In this document: one piece after another, positions 1 through 12,400 of the stretch
How positions within the stretch are numbered: position 1 is the stretch's first letter
Layout of the letters: the number at the start of each line of letters is the position of its first letter
Assembly: GCF_006345805.1 (NCBI RefSeq)
Contig: NC_042999.1
Location: 121,210,001 to 121,274,000, forward strand
DNA length: 64,000 bases
Direction of reading: 5' to 3'
Source of the DNA: Octopus sinensis
Taxonomy: Eukaryota
Notes under the pieces: model-generated
The model's input: the letters and a program-made list of their open reading frames with translations, nothing else
Told to the model about the DNA's origin: nothing
The model's database searches: none
Made by a program: the position numbers and the translations under genes

Positions 1-71
1 ATTCTCAGAGAGTTATGAAATTAAACAAATGAAAAAGTTCAAAAATCAACTGTAAGCTAGAGCATCCTTAC

Positions 72-92
72 TTGAATATCTATTAGTGAAAG
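72..92 (-). CDS. Candidate 21-nt microexon (start of cytoplasmic tail) of the minus-strand membrane-protein gene
   Basis: Minus strand reads tttcag|CTTTCACTAATAGATATTCAA|gtaagg. Phase 1-1 matches the donor at 1343 and gives ...ARQ-A-FTNRYS with no stop. Short, so a chance match is possible. Confidence 0.45.
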
Positions 93-1342
93 CTGAAATC
101 TTAAGGTTCAAACATCATCAAATCTTTCAAAGAAAATCTTGTTACAGTGAATATCAAAGAAATACAAAATATAGAAACATCAGAATAAGGTTTACAAGTA
201 ACTGCTTCATAATATGTATTATGTAATGATATTTTTAAAATATCCTCAATATCAAGTCATGTAAATATACAAAACAAGTTTGCTTTCAATATTATAGCAA
301 AAATAACTGCTCATTATGGATATCAAAGGTATTTGAAATAGTAAGCAACTAAAATCTCAAAAAATCATTTCTGGTTGGAATTATTTATGTGTTTTAATGA
401 GAATAATTTAGGATAAATGCAAAATCTTTAATAATTTAAAAGCACACTGGCAGGAAAAATAGTTATTGGTATCATAAAAAATAGTTATATTTCATATTTT
501 AAAAGGTATATTTTTCATAGGCCTTTGATGTATACATTTCTTAACCTTTACTTTTGCATACAGTCTATGAATAATTTTACGCAGCAAGTTTTATATAAGT
601 TTTAAATTAATAAATTTATAGATAACAAACTCATAGCTATTCATAGAGTAGCACAGATTAAAAACTGAAAATCTAATTTTACTTAATGGCTTGTGTTGAA
701 ATATATTTCATATATTTCACTTTAATCATTTAGGATTCAGTATAAAAATTGTAAATGCACAGATTCAAATGATTCTAAAGTCTAGTAATGTAGGTTTTAC
801 ACATATAAATAATTGTTTCATGAATAATCCAGACTATACTCTTACAATCAGAGTTTAAATACCTAAAGCAATATGGCAGTCCATCAAATACTATATGTCT
901 TATACTAAATTCTTCAAATCAGTTGTATTTATAGACACACAAAAACAAAATTATATATTTCAAATTCTATATTTCTGAGACTCAATATCACTATAATTAA
1001 ACATTGATTTATGCAAACTCTCAGTCAGAGCTTAGCATTCATAAAACACTGCATCAATAATTTCTTGTATTGTTGTCAGGTGACATCACACACTGAACAC
1101 TTCTCCTTTCTCTAAATCCAGCACTCTCTAATTATGCCTCAACAAATTATTGATTTATAGTTCAATGAGATATTTCAGAGTTTTCTTTCCAAACAGGCAG
1201 CCAAAGTTAAGAAATAATTTTTATCAAAATATCAGATGAATGTGATATGTAGAGAAAATTATTGAACATAATGCAGTTTTAAATCCATTAACCAAAACTT
1301 TAATTTAAGGTGTTTAAAATATGTAAGTCAATGCTCACTGAC

Positions 1343-1483
1343 CTTGTCTTGCAACAATCCCAAAACCAGCGACAGACAAGAGAATTATTATAGCACCACA
1401 AATGGAAGCAATGAATGGAATGAAAAAACTTCCACTGCTTGAAAAGAAAGGATTTTTCTTGTCATATCCGTCTTCATCAACAA
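1343..1483 (-). CDS. Exon encoding the transmembrane helix of an unidentified type I membrane protein
   Basis: Acceptor ttttttatag| and donor CAAG|gtcagt; 141 nt, phase 1-1. Encodes VVDEDGYDKKNPFFSSSGSFFIPFIASICGAIIILLSVAGFGIVARQ (hydrophobic run followed by R). Reading through the donor hits TGA at 1335-1337. Confidence 0.85.
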
Positions 1484-1528
1484 CTATAAAAAATGCAAAA
1501 AGTAATAGATAAACAAAATACATGTGAC

Positions 1529-1580
<52 letters not shown>

Positions 1581-1589
1581 TAGGCAAAG

Positions 1590-2110
1590 ACATAGTAAGA
1601 GTGGTTACCTGTATAACTGATGGCATGCCTGAGAGAGCCACCACAAATAACAGTAGCCCTAAGAGAGCTCCCTGATGTACTCTTCTCACTATTGTTCTCT
1701 TGCATAAGGCTCCATTGGTTGCTACAGACTGGCTTCTGTCTTTTGAGCCATGTAACAACTCCCCCAATTTTCCAACTGTGCTAAGTCCTTGTAGCTTGTG
1801 ACATATCATCCTGTGATCAGCATTATCAAAGGCCATTACAAAATCGAAATATGTCACATCTACATTTGAGCAATTCATAAGTTGTTTCAGTTACCAGTAA
1901 TGATCCTGCAGAAACTGTGTAAGGCAGTTTCTTCCAGAGAGGAAGCCCCATTTGGAGTCAGGGAGTGAGCCATTATCTTCTATGAAAGTAATCAGCTTCC
2001 TTCTGACAATTTGTTCAATGCCTTTGTTGACAAGTGAGGTTAGAGAGACAAGCCTATAATTTTTAGCATCTGGTCTACTTCTTTCTCCTTTAATTTTCAC
2101 TTGCAAGGAA
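1590..2110 (-). mobile_element. Decayed CR1-like LINE reverse transcriptase fragment
   Basis: NYRLVSLTSLVNKGIEQI, WGFLSGRNCLTQ, VDVTYFDFVMAFD and HQGALLG resemble LINE RT motifs (NYRPISLTS, DFxKAFD, PQGSVLGP); stops and frameshifts present. Confidence 0.8.
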
Positions 2111-2483
2111 GCTATGGATGATGATCTGCAGTAGTCTTGCTAGAAAGCTAGAATTCATTTTTACTGTCATCATCATTTAACGTCGGCCTTCCATGCTGTC
2201 TTCTAATGACATACAAACTTATCTTATTTCTCACTTACAATATATATTGTGTATATTCAATGGAGAAAGATTATGCATAGGTGACAACATTTATATTAAA
2301 ATCCCAGTTAAGTTGAAGGTAAAACAACATACTTTATCAAACTGCACACCAGAATTAAATTTACATAGCTCAAAGGTCATGCATAGGAAATTATCAAAAT
2401 CTTTTATAAGGACTGAAAAAATAATTCTAGTGAGCTGGTAGAAAAAACATAAAGCATTAAAAAATTTAATGTTAATACATTAC

Positions 2484-2732
2484 CTGGTGCTTCTTCTTCA
2501 GATGTTATTGGTTGTTTCTCGGGTGGGTCTTGGGGAGGCCTGTGAATAGTAAGATGATATGTGACATTTGCATCCCTGACGGAAGCCGTGAATGCTTTTT
2601 CCACATTTGCTGCATCTGAAGTTGGTATACTGAACGTCAACTGGAAATGGGGTGGACATTCCACTAGTAAATCATATTGGAACAATGGCTGGTCGTAATA
2701 TGTTGTGTCAGTGAGATTCACAGAAAAGAATC
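2484..2732 (-). CDS. Internal exon: membrane-proximal ectodomain and Pro/Glu stalk
   Basis: Acceptor ctttttatccttttacag| and donor CCAG|gtaatg; 249 nt, phase 1-1. GFFSVNLTDTTYYDQPLFQYDLLVECPP...HRPPQDPPEKQPITSEEEAP; sequons NLT and NVT. Confidence 0.85.
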
Positions 2733-3144
2733 CTGTAAAAGGATAAAAAGAATATATGTATATATATAAATTAGTATAAAACTAAATTAATTTCACATAC
2801 AGACACCCACACAAATATATGAAAACACCTTATCTCTCATTCATAAGCTGTTTCCAAAGGTCATAGTCGTCAGCCTATTGAAATATCTTGATGACCAGCA
2901 ACTGAGGGAGCATGCAAGTTTCTGTAAAAACTACAGTACAATAGATCACATATGAACTCTAACAAAGCTTATAAAAATAGTAAAAATATACAAGCTGCCT
3001 CTATGCATCACTTTCATCAATAATGGAAAAGTTTCCAAAAACATTGAGATGAACATGGTGAAATCTCTAAAACTGCAAGGAGTTCAGTTGCAATGCATCT
3101 AAGTGCTCAAGAATGCAAAATCTACATTTTTATGAAATACTTAC

Positions 3145-3438
3145 CAGGGCAAGCTTCAAGACTTCCCTCAAGCATAACCACCCATCTTGAAGAGGAATGC
3201 TGAATGGAACCAGATAGGGAATCATGTTTAATTCTTCCGTAAGAAGCAACCCACTGCAGCAAAGACATCGTACGTGGAACACGGAATATAGCCTTAGGAG
3301 TGACACTGTTATTTACAATCATGTATGTGTTATCCCGGATATGGGATGTTAGAACATCAGTCATTTCAATATATGGTTCATCCTTTTCGGATACCATCAT
3401 CAACTTCTCCAGGATGTCGTGACTACAATTCTGCAAAG
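3145..3438 (-). CDS. Internal ectodomain exon
   Basis: Acceptor atattacag| and donor CCTG|gtaagt; 294 nt, phase 1-1. ALQNCSHDILEKLMMVSEKDEPYIEM...MLEGSLEACP. Confidence 0.85.
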
Positions 3439-3589
3439 CTGTAATATATATATCATAATAGTAATTGTAGAACATCTTCATCCAAATAATCGTTAATATC
3501 TATAATTTCTATTCTACACAGAAATATTTAATTTTTAGCATTGTAGTAGTAATAGTCATTTCTACAATAGGTACAAGGATAGTTGATAA

Positions 3590-3738
3590 CATCGACCCCA
3601 GTACTTGACTAGTACTTAATTTATCAACCCCGAAATGATTGAAAACAAAGTCAACCTTGGCAGAATTTGATCTCAAAATGTAGGGACAGACGAAATGCCA
3701 CTGAGCATTCTGCTAATGATTCTGCCAGCTCACTGCCT
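3590..3738 (-). mobile_element. Degenerate SINE (family also at 25495, 46250, 47200)
   Basis: Shares atcgacccc...gtacttaatttatc.accccgaaa...gtcaacct..gcagaatttga with the better copies. Confidence 0.65.
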
Positions 3739-4583
3739 GTAGTAGTAATAATAAAGTGAAATATCTCTCTAACTCTTCACACAGGATAATTGTGCTGTAG
3801 TGTAAATTTATTTCTGTAGCCTCAGATTATAATGAGTTGCCAGCTATCTTCAGTAAAACCTACAGAATCAAAACTTATAAAATCTGAGCATCAGTTGTGT
3901 CAATCATTAACTAAATATTATTTTCTCAAGGTATATGAAGCCATCAACTGTAGAGCTTTTATATGTCAAATATTTATCGTTGAAAGGCATTCTATCCTTA
4001 TGAATCACATCTTTTCTAGTAAAATTTTATTCAAGACTACACTTTCCAGTATTTCCATCTGCTTTTAAGATTGAAGAGTAAAACTGAGCTTTGGTTGCTA
4101 TTTTAACAGGTCAAGAGATTGTTTATGGATTGATTTATTGGAGAAGCATTTATTCAACAGTGGCGCACAGGCCTTATATTAGATCCATCAAGGATCATAC
4201 CACTTTGCCTGGTCACTAAAATATACTTAAAATAGTGATAAATAATACTTCACAAAACTAACTCCAGAGATTGAAACCTAGAATATCTTGGATGCTGAAT
4301 CATGAATATCCTTAAGTACTCAGATGTCTACTTTGTAATAGTAGAATTCATTGATATAATTAAAGAAATGCAACAATAACACTATGATTCAATGTTGTTT
4401 TTAAAATCATTTGTCACAGATTGTAGTTGATTAAAAAGATAAATGTATTTAGATAAATTCTAACCATATTTTTTTACAAAATACTAAACATTATACCTCC
4501 TCCCCAAATTTGCAGTATCAAATGATATTTTTAAACATTAACAATTATAAGCAAATAATAATGATGATGATGATGATAATTAC

Positions 4584-4780
4584 CCCAGTTCTGCAGGCTA
4601 ACTCCAAACACTTCTTGTGGATGGATAAATAATTTATCACCTTGTACCACAGAACCAGCCAGATTATGGCCAGATTTACGATGCAATCCAGACTTTAGGC
4701 TTTTTGTTGTTTGGTCCATGGCAACTATATCAGGCATCTTCTCAAGGCCAGAACTGATATCTATCTGAAGAAATTTATAT
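4584..4780 (-). CDS. Internal ectodomain exon
   Basis: Acceptor attttttcag| at 4780 is the one phase-compatible (phase 2) with the upstream donor; donor TGGG|gtaatt (phase 1). YKFLQIDISSGLEKMPDIVAMD...GVSLQNW. Confidence 0.8.
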
Positions 4781-5317
4781 CTGAAAAAATATATTTATAT
4801 ATATAAATAAAGACACGAAAAAATATTGTGTGTCTCATGCATTTACATTTCAGGAATAAACTTGCTTTAAATTAACAAGAAAAATTGTAATAATTAGTTT
4901 TTGAAGAGAAAGTAGAGTTGTGTAAGACACTTGTCTGATGGATAATAAGGACGGTTTCTATCACTGACTGCAAAATAAGAATATGTCATCACAATAATTT
5001 CCCATCATACATCAAAAGGAAAAGCAATTGATTTACATTAAGCTACTAATCATTTATTCCATTAACTGATAAAAACAGACTACACAGCAACATAAAAAAA
5101 GCCATAATGATATATTTTGTTCCTGAGAGAGTCTATAAACTACCTTCAATAACACTTGAGACACTACACTTCTCCATAAGTATATCAGACACTGTTCCAC
5201 TAGAAATATGTTTGTTAAATCATTAGAAATATAATGTAGACACAAAGTAATGAGCTACAGCATTATTTACATTCATTTAAATCATTTTATATCAATAGAA
5301 TGTTAAAATAAACATAC

Positions 5318-5521
5318 ACAATGTTGTTCATTGAACCATCTCTAAGCCACTCGGGTTTTGCTCCAATCTGGAAAGTTTCCTTGTATAAAAGTCTTTCGTC
5401 ATACATAATGGCAAAGTCCACTTCCAGAAGCGTCCTCTGAGCAGTTGGGTGTACATGACAATACATAGTTTCCTTAAACATAGGTTTTAAAATAAATTCA
5501 AGAACACTACCTTTTAGGCAT
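5318..5521 (-). CDS. Internal ectodomain exon
   Basis: Acceptor ttttgttttactttcag| and donor TTGT|gtatgt; 204 nt, phase 2-2. CLKGSVLEFILKPMFKETMYCHVHP...WLRDGSMNNIV. Confidence 0.8.
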
Positions 5522-6344
5522 CTGAAAGTAAAACAAAATTCAAAAAACTATAGAAAACTGAAGCAGAAAAACTTCTTATCAAAGTAATAGAATTCACAAT
5601 AAAATAATACACACTAATATTGTTTATTAGCTTCAAAATAAAAGTTTATTTCTTTATTTTATGTATTTCAAGATACTGCTTTTTTTTAAAACTTGTGTTA
5701 ATCACTATGTACATTAATCAATGTAAACTACAGTAGGAATCATTTAATTCTTCTTTGTAATTTACATGAAAAAGTAGATGAATAAATCTAAGTATTTAAA
5801 ATTATATTATATTATCAATAATTAACTTAGATAATTATAAATGATAATGAATTATTGAAATAATGCTAATCATTTTGGAGGATAAAATAGGTTTTGGTTT
5901 GGAAGTAAAAGATTTAGTATTTGACTGTTATAGATTAACGGTTGGTGTACAAAGTCAGAGTTTTATGAGCATCCACAGTGTTTGCAAGAGTTTTAGAAAT
6001 GTGCTGTTTCTGAGAAGAGAAGGTTTAGGGCTGTGTATGTTATAACTATGTATTGGTTCTGTTAAATAACTATCTCATAGCTGAGAGATGAAATACGACA
6101 AGTAGATAGAATGATGTCAAACTAGCCATGCAGCCCTCAGTAAAGGGATCTCTGGAAACCTTATAATGATATTGATAGGGTAAGAAATTCAAGTGGATAA
6201 AGTTTTATGTGAACATATGTTTGTGTGTATTCATAAAACTTTATCCACTATATATATATATATATATATATATGCATGTGTGTGTGTGTGTTCATAGAAA
6301 ACATTATTCCACTATCTATATCTACACACACACACACACACATA

Positions 6345-6600
6345 TCACATGACTGACCAGACTATCAGATGTTGTTACACATTGCTAGTCACAATGTGCT
6401 TTGCATCATTTTAGCTTTTGAAAGACACCTACCTACTGGCTAAGTAAGCAGGCCAACATTCCCCACTGACTGAAAGGGGAACTGAAGCAATATGAAATGA
6501 AGTCTTTTGCTCAAGACCATAATGCACCACTCAGTCTAGGAACTGAACCCACAATCTAGTGATCATGAGTGCAACACCCTAACCACTAGGCTATGCACCT
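6345..6600 (-). mobile_element. Degenerate tRNA-derived SINE
   Basis: Resembles the 45879-46191 copy (gaccagactatcagatgttgttacac...); reverse tRNA head at ctaaccactaggcta. Confidence 0.6.
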
Positions 6601-8275
6601 GCACCTTATATCTTCTAATTGAAGCAACTTGTCCATTTTAGTTAATTTCCCTTGCACATTTAATTAATTTTTTCTCTTTAATTAATCCACTAAAGCAATG
6701 GACTACCAACCAAATGTCCAGGCTAATATTTTGTCATTTCTAGTATCCAAATATAATATTTAAATCCAACAGCCAAGTTTACTTAGCTGTTAATTAGGTA
6801 CCAGATGTGAGCATAAACTATAGTTGTAAACACTGGAAGGACTGAATAAATGACAGTATATTGTTTTAGCTTTGTTACTCCTCCTGTAAGTTGGAGAGAG
6901 AAAATTATATCAAGCTGATCTGCTTTGGATAATCACAAGACGGTTTCCTGTGATTCCTTTAAAATCTAGTATATTATGAGACTCACCATAACTATACATG
7001 AAATATTTTTTTCATTCTTTTATCCATATTGAAAAAGCATTACGGTTACATTGTTATTTAAAATGCTGATACTTTACGTTAATAATAGAAGAATAAGTTT
7101 TATTGCTGACTGCACTTAGATATGCTAAATAATCATCCATTACATATATTTAAAGATTTATTGATGTAAGTAATATTTTGCCTGAAGTTAAAATACAATG
7201 CATGAAGGATTGCATGTTTTACCAATAAGTATTTGTTAGTCGATAATTATATTAAGATCCATTTATGTAACAAAGCTTTTGTTCATTAAACATTAGACAA
7301 AATGTAACATTTCTGATATCTGACAATGTCATTACTATTTAAATACAAATATAATGTAAAGATCTAAGCAGCAAAGTTCAGAAAATAAAGTAGATTATCA
7401 GTTTATGTATACAAACGATTTCTAGCAAGCTTAACATTTAACATGTCTTTTCAAACAAGTTTTGATAAACTCGAGATAATTTAGGGTTCAGGTACTTCTT
7501 GGATACTTTTTCACCCTTTTAAGTCTTTTAATGTAAACTCTTAATGTATCCAAATGTACATTTTATTAATTAAGCGGAAAATTTAAATTTACCCTCAAGC
7601 TACTTAAAAACAAAAATAATTTCTACAATTAAATATAAGCTTTTCATTACTTAAAATAATCATTTTGCTTAAGACAGGATTTCTATAAACTACCATACAA
7701 ATGCCTGTTGATTGTATTCTACATGTAACAAATAGATAAATTATTTTGCTTCTCTAAATTTAGAAATTGATTTTATTGATTTAGAAATAAGTGACTGAAA
7801 TAATTGTAGCCAGTAGACTTTTTCATTTAAGCATGTACATTACCAGGTGTATAAATATATATTATATAAAAGGTGTAACAATATATTCAAATAAAATTTC
7901 TACATGAGAATTCAAAAATTAAAAAAAAAAAAAATTACAAGTTAACATCGCACATTTTTTCTAACTTTGTTTTTACAACAAATCAACCAAAAGCAACATT
8001 TGTTTATAAATTACTAAATATCTTATTGAGATAATTTCTTTTCTTCCACCCAAAGAAAGAAAAGCAAAAGCAATACCTACTTTCAATTTTCCCTCACAAA
8101 TCTCATAATTCTATATTTTAATCTGATTTTCAGAAATAATAGAGTCCTATTATTATTATTTTTTTTTGTCTTTCTTTTTGTTACCTTTATTAGACAGAGA
8201 TCAAATATACAATTTTTACAATAGAGAAGAATCAATTCAGGCTTTCAGGTCAATGAACATATAAAAAGTACTTGC

Positions 8276-8482
8276 ATCTTAGGTCGGCAAGGGCTGCTGT
8301 AATACCGGTCACATATAGATGAACACTTTGTATGTAAACAACAGGTATAGCAAACCCTGAGACGAGGGGACCAGCCATTGTCAGCTTCATCCCCTAGTAC
8401 TTTACAATCATCTTTTTGAATGGGAGGTTGCCAAGCACAGAGTTTTGTGCAATTTTCACAGGCCATATTCATTTTTTCACAC
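8276..8482 (-). CDS. Cysteine-rich ectodomain exon (11 Cys in 69 codons)
   Basis: Acceptor attttattttctgtag| (phase 2). CEKMNMACENCTKLCAWQPP...CYTCCLHTKCSSICDRYYSSPCRPK. The 3' boundary is uncertain (GC donor after 8276, or GT donor after 8272). Confidence 0.8.
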
Positions 8483-9198
8483 CTACAGAAAATAAAATGT
8501 ATACAAATTAATTATACAGATACATACATATATACTATATATGAGTGTGTTGATTGCAATTCTGAAAATATTCATCATAACATATATCATAACACTTCAA
8601 AAGAAACAAAATATCATTTGTAGAAAATAGTTTGTAATATATGATAATACTTACAAAATAGAAGAGTAAAAATATAAAATAGCCAGTAACTACAATTTAC
8701 TCACAATATTGCTTCTCATTTACTCCAGAAAGAAAAATATTTTACTTTATGTAAAGAAATGTAATGTAAAGAAAACTATGTAACAATTTGTTTATTAAAA
8801 ATATAAAAGTTGACCGAGTAAAAGAAAAGGCAGTATGTAAAAAGAAATGACTAACATTTGTAACTATTTACAGTTTTTCAAAAAGTCTGCCATTTAAAGG
8901 GATCATATTTTCAAATAATTATCTATTACAATAACTATTTTCAACAAATATAATTCATTACATCTAAATATCAGATTTATGCATAAAAGTTAATTATTAA
9001 CAAGAAATTTGATTGCTTGGCTCTATCATTATTTGTTATATTTTCAGAAATAAACTGGATAATTCCAAAATTTTAAATGTTGGCAAATATTAAAATATTG
9101 AGTTATTTTATGTTTTTATCAATAATAATGAAATTATACACAGCTTGTCTATTTTGTTTATAATTTCCGTTAAACTGTATAATTGTCCTTGAGTGTTA

Positions 9199-9274
9199 TA
9201 CATATATATATGTATGTATATACATATATTATATATATATACATATATGTATATATATATATATATATATTATA

Positions 9275-9328
<54 letters not shown>

Positions 9329-9355
9329 TATATATGTATATATATATACATGTGC

Positions 9356-9435
<80 letters not shown>
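9199..9435. repeat. (TA)n/(TG)n microsatellite array
   Basis: Directly visible; source of the spurious YI-rich ORFs. Confidence 0.95.
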
Positions 9436-9440
<5 letters not shown>

Positions 9441-12400
9441 AGAATATGAACTATGTAAATTGTAAAAAAAAAGGCCTTAATATGTGAATGAAAATATTAA
9501 ATATATATTCATTATCTCCAGGTTCATAAAGTGTTAAAATTAATTATAAACATAGTTATAGAAGTTTACATTATGCAATAATATAAAATGATATTTGTTT
9601 GTAATAACGAGGAATAGAAATCAAGTTGGTGCTTTTATGTATGTAATTTAACATAATTCTAAAGAAAAATGTTTTGAGCTGCAGCAGCTAATATAAAATA
9701 ATAATTCTTAAATGCAAAACTAAATAAAACATAAACTACTAAGGATTCAATGATGCATTATTTCAAATAAAGATTTGAAGTAAAATATATGAAGTAAAGA
9801 TATAAATAATTTGTAGGATGCAGAATGAAGCTCAACTAGTATGTGAATTTAAAACTTTCCACTGATATTTTAAAAAATACTAATGGAAAGCATATGATGA
9901 GTAAATTTTCACTGATATAACTACTGTAATGTAAACACTTTAATGTAAATATAAATTTGAAAACTTTTTACAATATTCAGTTAAATTTAATGCATTTTCA
10001 TTTTTGAGCAAGAAAATATTTTAATCTATATATACACTATGAAAAATAAGATAAATCCTAGCATTGGGATAATTCCAGTAAACCTTTAATTTTATACTGT
10101 GAATTCACTAAGTAACATGCTATTCTGTATTGCAAATAGGATGAAACAAATAAAAGCTAATAATGAAATCATAACAGAATTTGCTAAAATTTCAGATATA
10201 TTAAGTGATATAAAATATCAAAATGTAAAACATTGAAAAATTGTATCTCAGATAAAAGACACTAAAGTGCTCATCATGTAATGATGCCACAAAAACAAAG
10301 ATGAGTACAAATCCCCAATAAACATTTAAAAGGACTTTTTGAATTGTTACCCCGAAAGCTTAAAATTTATAATTGAATAATAATAATCATGGAAAACAAG
10401 TATAACATATAATAATTTAAATTAATATAGTTTGAGATAAGTAAAAAAAAAATAATTGTTATGGTGTCAATAATAGTAAAATTCTCTGAAAATAGGTAAC
10501 TTGATAATGGGCCGCTTTCAGAAAGTATTTTAATTTATTATAGATCTAATATAGAAAATTTATAAAGGAATATATCTAGTCCAAAACTCTGATTAAATTT
10601 CAGATAAAAGTTTCCCACAAAACAAGAAGTGACAATCAAATTACTGACTGCTAAATGTCAAAGAATTTCCATTTAAACAAGTATGTCATCTGAGGCATAA
10701 ACATACAAAAGAAAATGATACTTTTGTTTCTATGTACTTAGCTATCAATCTCTATTTGCATGTTGACTTTGTAAAATATAATGATCATAAAATACCTTTA
10801 CATTTACTTTATCATACCCAAATCTGACATTAACTTTTTGTAATTTGAAAGCAGTTTTAATACTAAACAAGATTCATATGAATAATTTTCTAGAAGAAAA
10901 GCTATATAGAAATAATGAATCTGTAATACAGTGAAAACACCCAATCATTTTCTACCACTACACCAATTTATACTCAAAATTTTGTAAGAAGAATGCTTTC
11001 TGTTTAAATAAATAATATTTTAGAATCAAAGTAAAGCTTCAAAAATATAACATAACTGAAAGTTTATTACGTCATTAATAACCAATACTTATAATGCTTT
11101 ATAAATTAAAAGTAGGTTTGCAGTATAAACCATAAGATTTGAAGTGCACATGCAGTCATCTAACAAACTTAAGAAAATTAAGAAGAGTAAGCCAACACTG
11201 AAATTGCAAAGTTGAGAAAAAATAAGTGAAGGAAAGATCAACAATGAAAAGGTTAAGATAAAAACATATTTTGCAGAATAACTGAAGAGATGATTTTGAT
11301 TTGTAAGTCTGCATTCACTCCACACTACTGTTGCTAACACCTGAATTCTTAAAGATTTACAGAAATCCAGCAAGTATTTTATAGTATCCAGTAATAAGCA
11401 AATCTTCAATCTAGAACACTGAGATATCTGAAGACAAAAATTTAAGGAGATTACTAAGAAAAAAATACTATAGAAAGGCAATGAAAAATGGAATGATAAT
11501 ATAAGATCTAATAAATGGTGAGAAAATCTTGAATAGACTGAACTTATGTCTACATAATACGAATAATGGAACATGCTATTCAATGAAACTGAAATCCTAA
11601 ATAGGCTTATACACATTAGGCACAAGAAATATTGAAAGTAAACCATCACTGGTGTAAATATGAAATTGATTTTAAATAATGTACACACATTCATGCACGA
11701 CTATGTGATATATATACATATATATATGTATATGTATCCACTTATGCTTCAACACACACACACATATGCATCCACTTATACACACACACATATATATATA
11801 TACATCCACTCATGCATGCACCCATATACATGCACATACACACTAAAACATTTATGAAATAGAAAATTTTCATAATTTTACAATGGATGAGATATTTTGA
11901 ATTAAATAAACATAATAAATTTGTGTCCATGAGGATTATGTATCAGATGCAGTTATAGTGCTTAAGAGTTAGAAAATGTTTCTATTCACTATTAAAAAAT
12001 CCAAACTATATTACAGCATAATATAGCAAAGTGTGTATTTAGCAAACAGGCTTGTGATCTTAAACTGAAGATGTAAAGCAACAAAACAATCAAATGCTAG
12101 AGCATACAATTCTTTCTAAATGACCTGAAAGCCAGATGAAGAAAGTAGTACAAGATGACAATTGAAAAAATTTAATTAGTTTGTATGCATTGTGTGTGTA
12201 GTGTAGTGTCAATGTGTTAGTATGCCTGTTTGCCTGGCAGTATATATATTACTAGAATAAGGTATAAATGTATATAATTATTAAGTTAAGAAAGGTGTGT
12301 AATGTCACAACTATTTCCATGAATCATGGAAGATATAAACAGCAAATAATATCTTAAAATGTTTACATGAACGAAAAGTTTAAAAGCAATTTAAAAAGAG

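Noticed and set aside
2845-2876. CUGACGA...GAAAC on the minus strand
   Set aside because: No stem II, no GUH triplet and no stem I partner.
11089-11694. 201-aa minus-strand ORF and possible exon QISQCSRLK...LRIQ
   Set aside because: T-rich strand with few stops by composition; the possible exon is phase 0-0 and does not fit the phase-2 acceptor at 8482.
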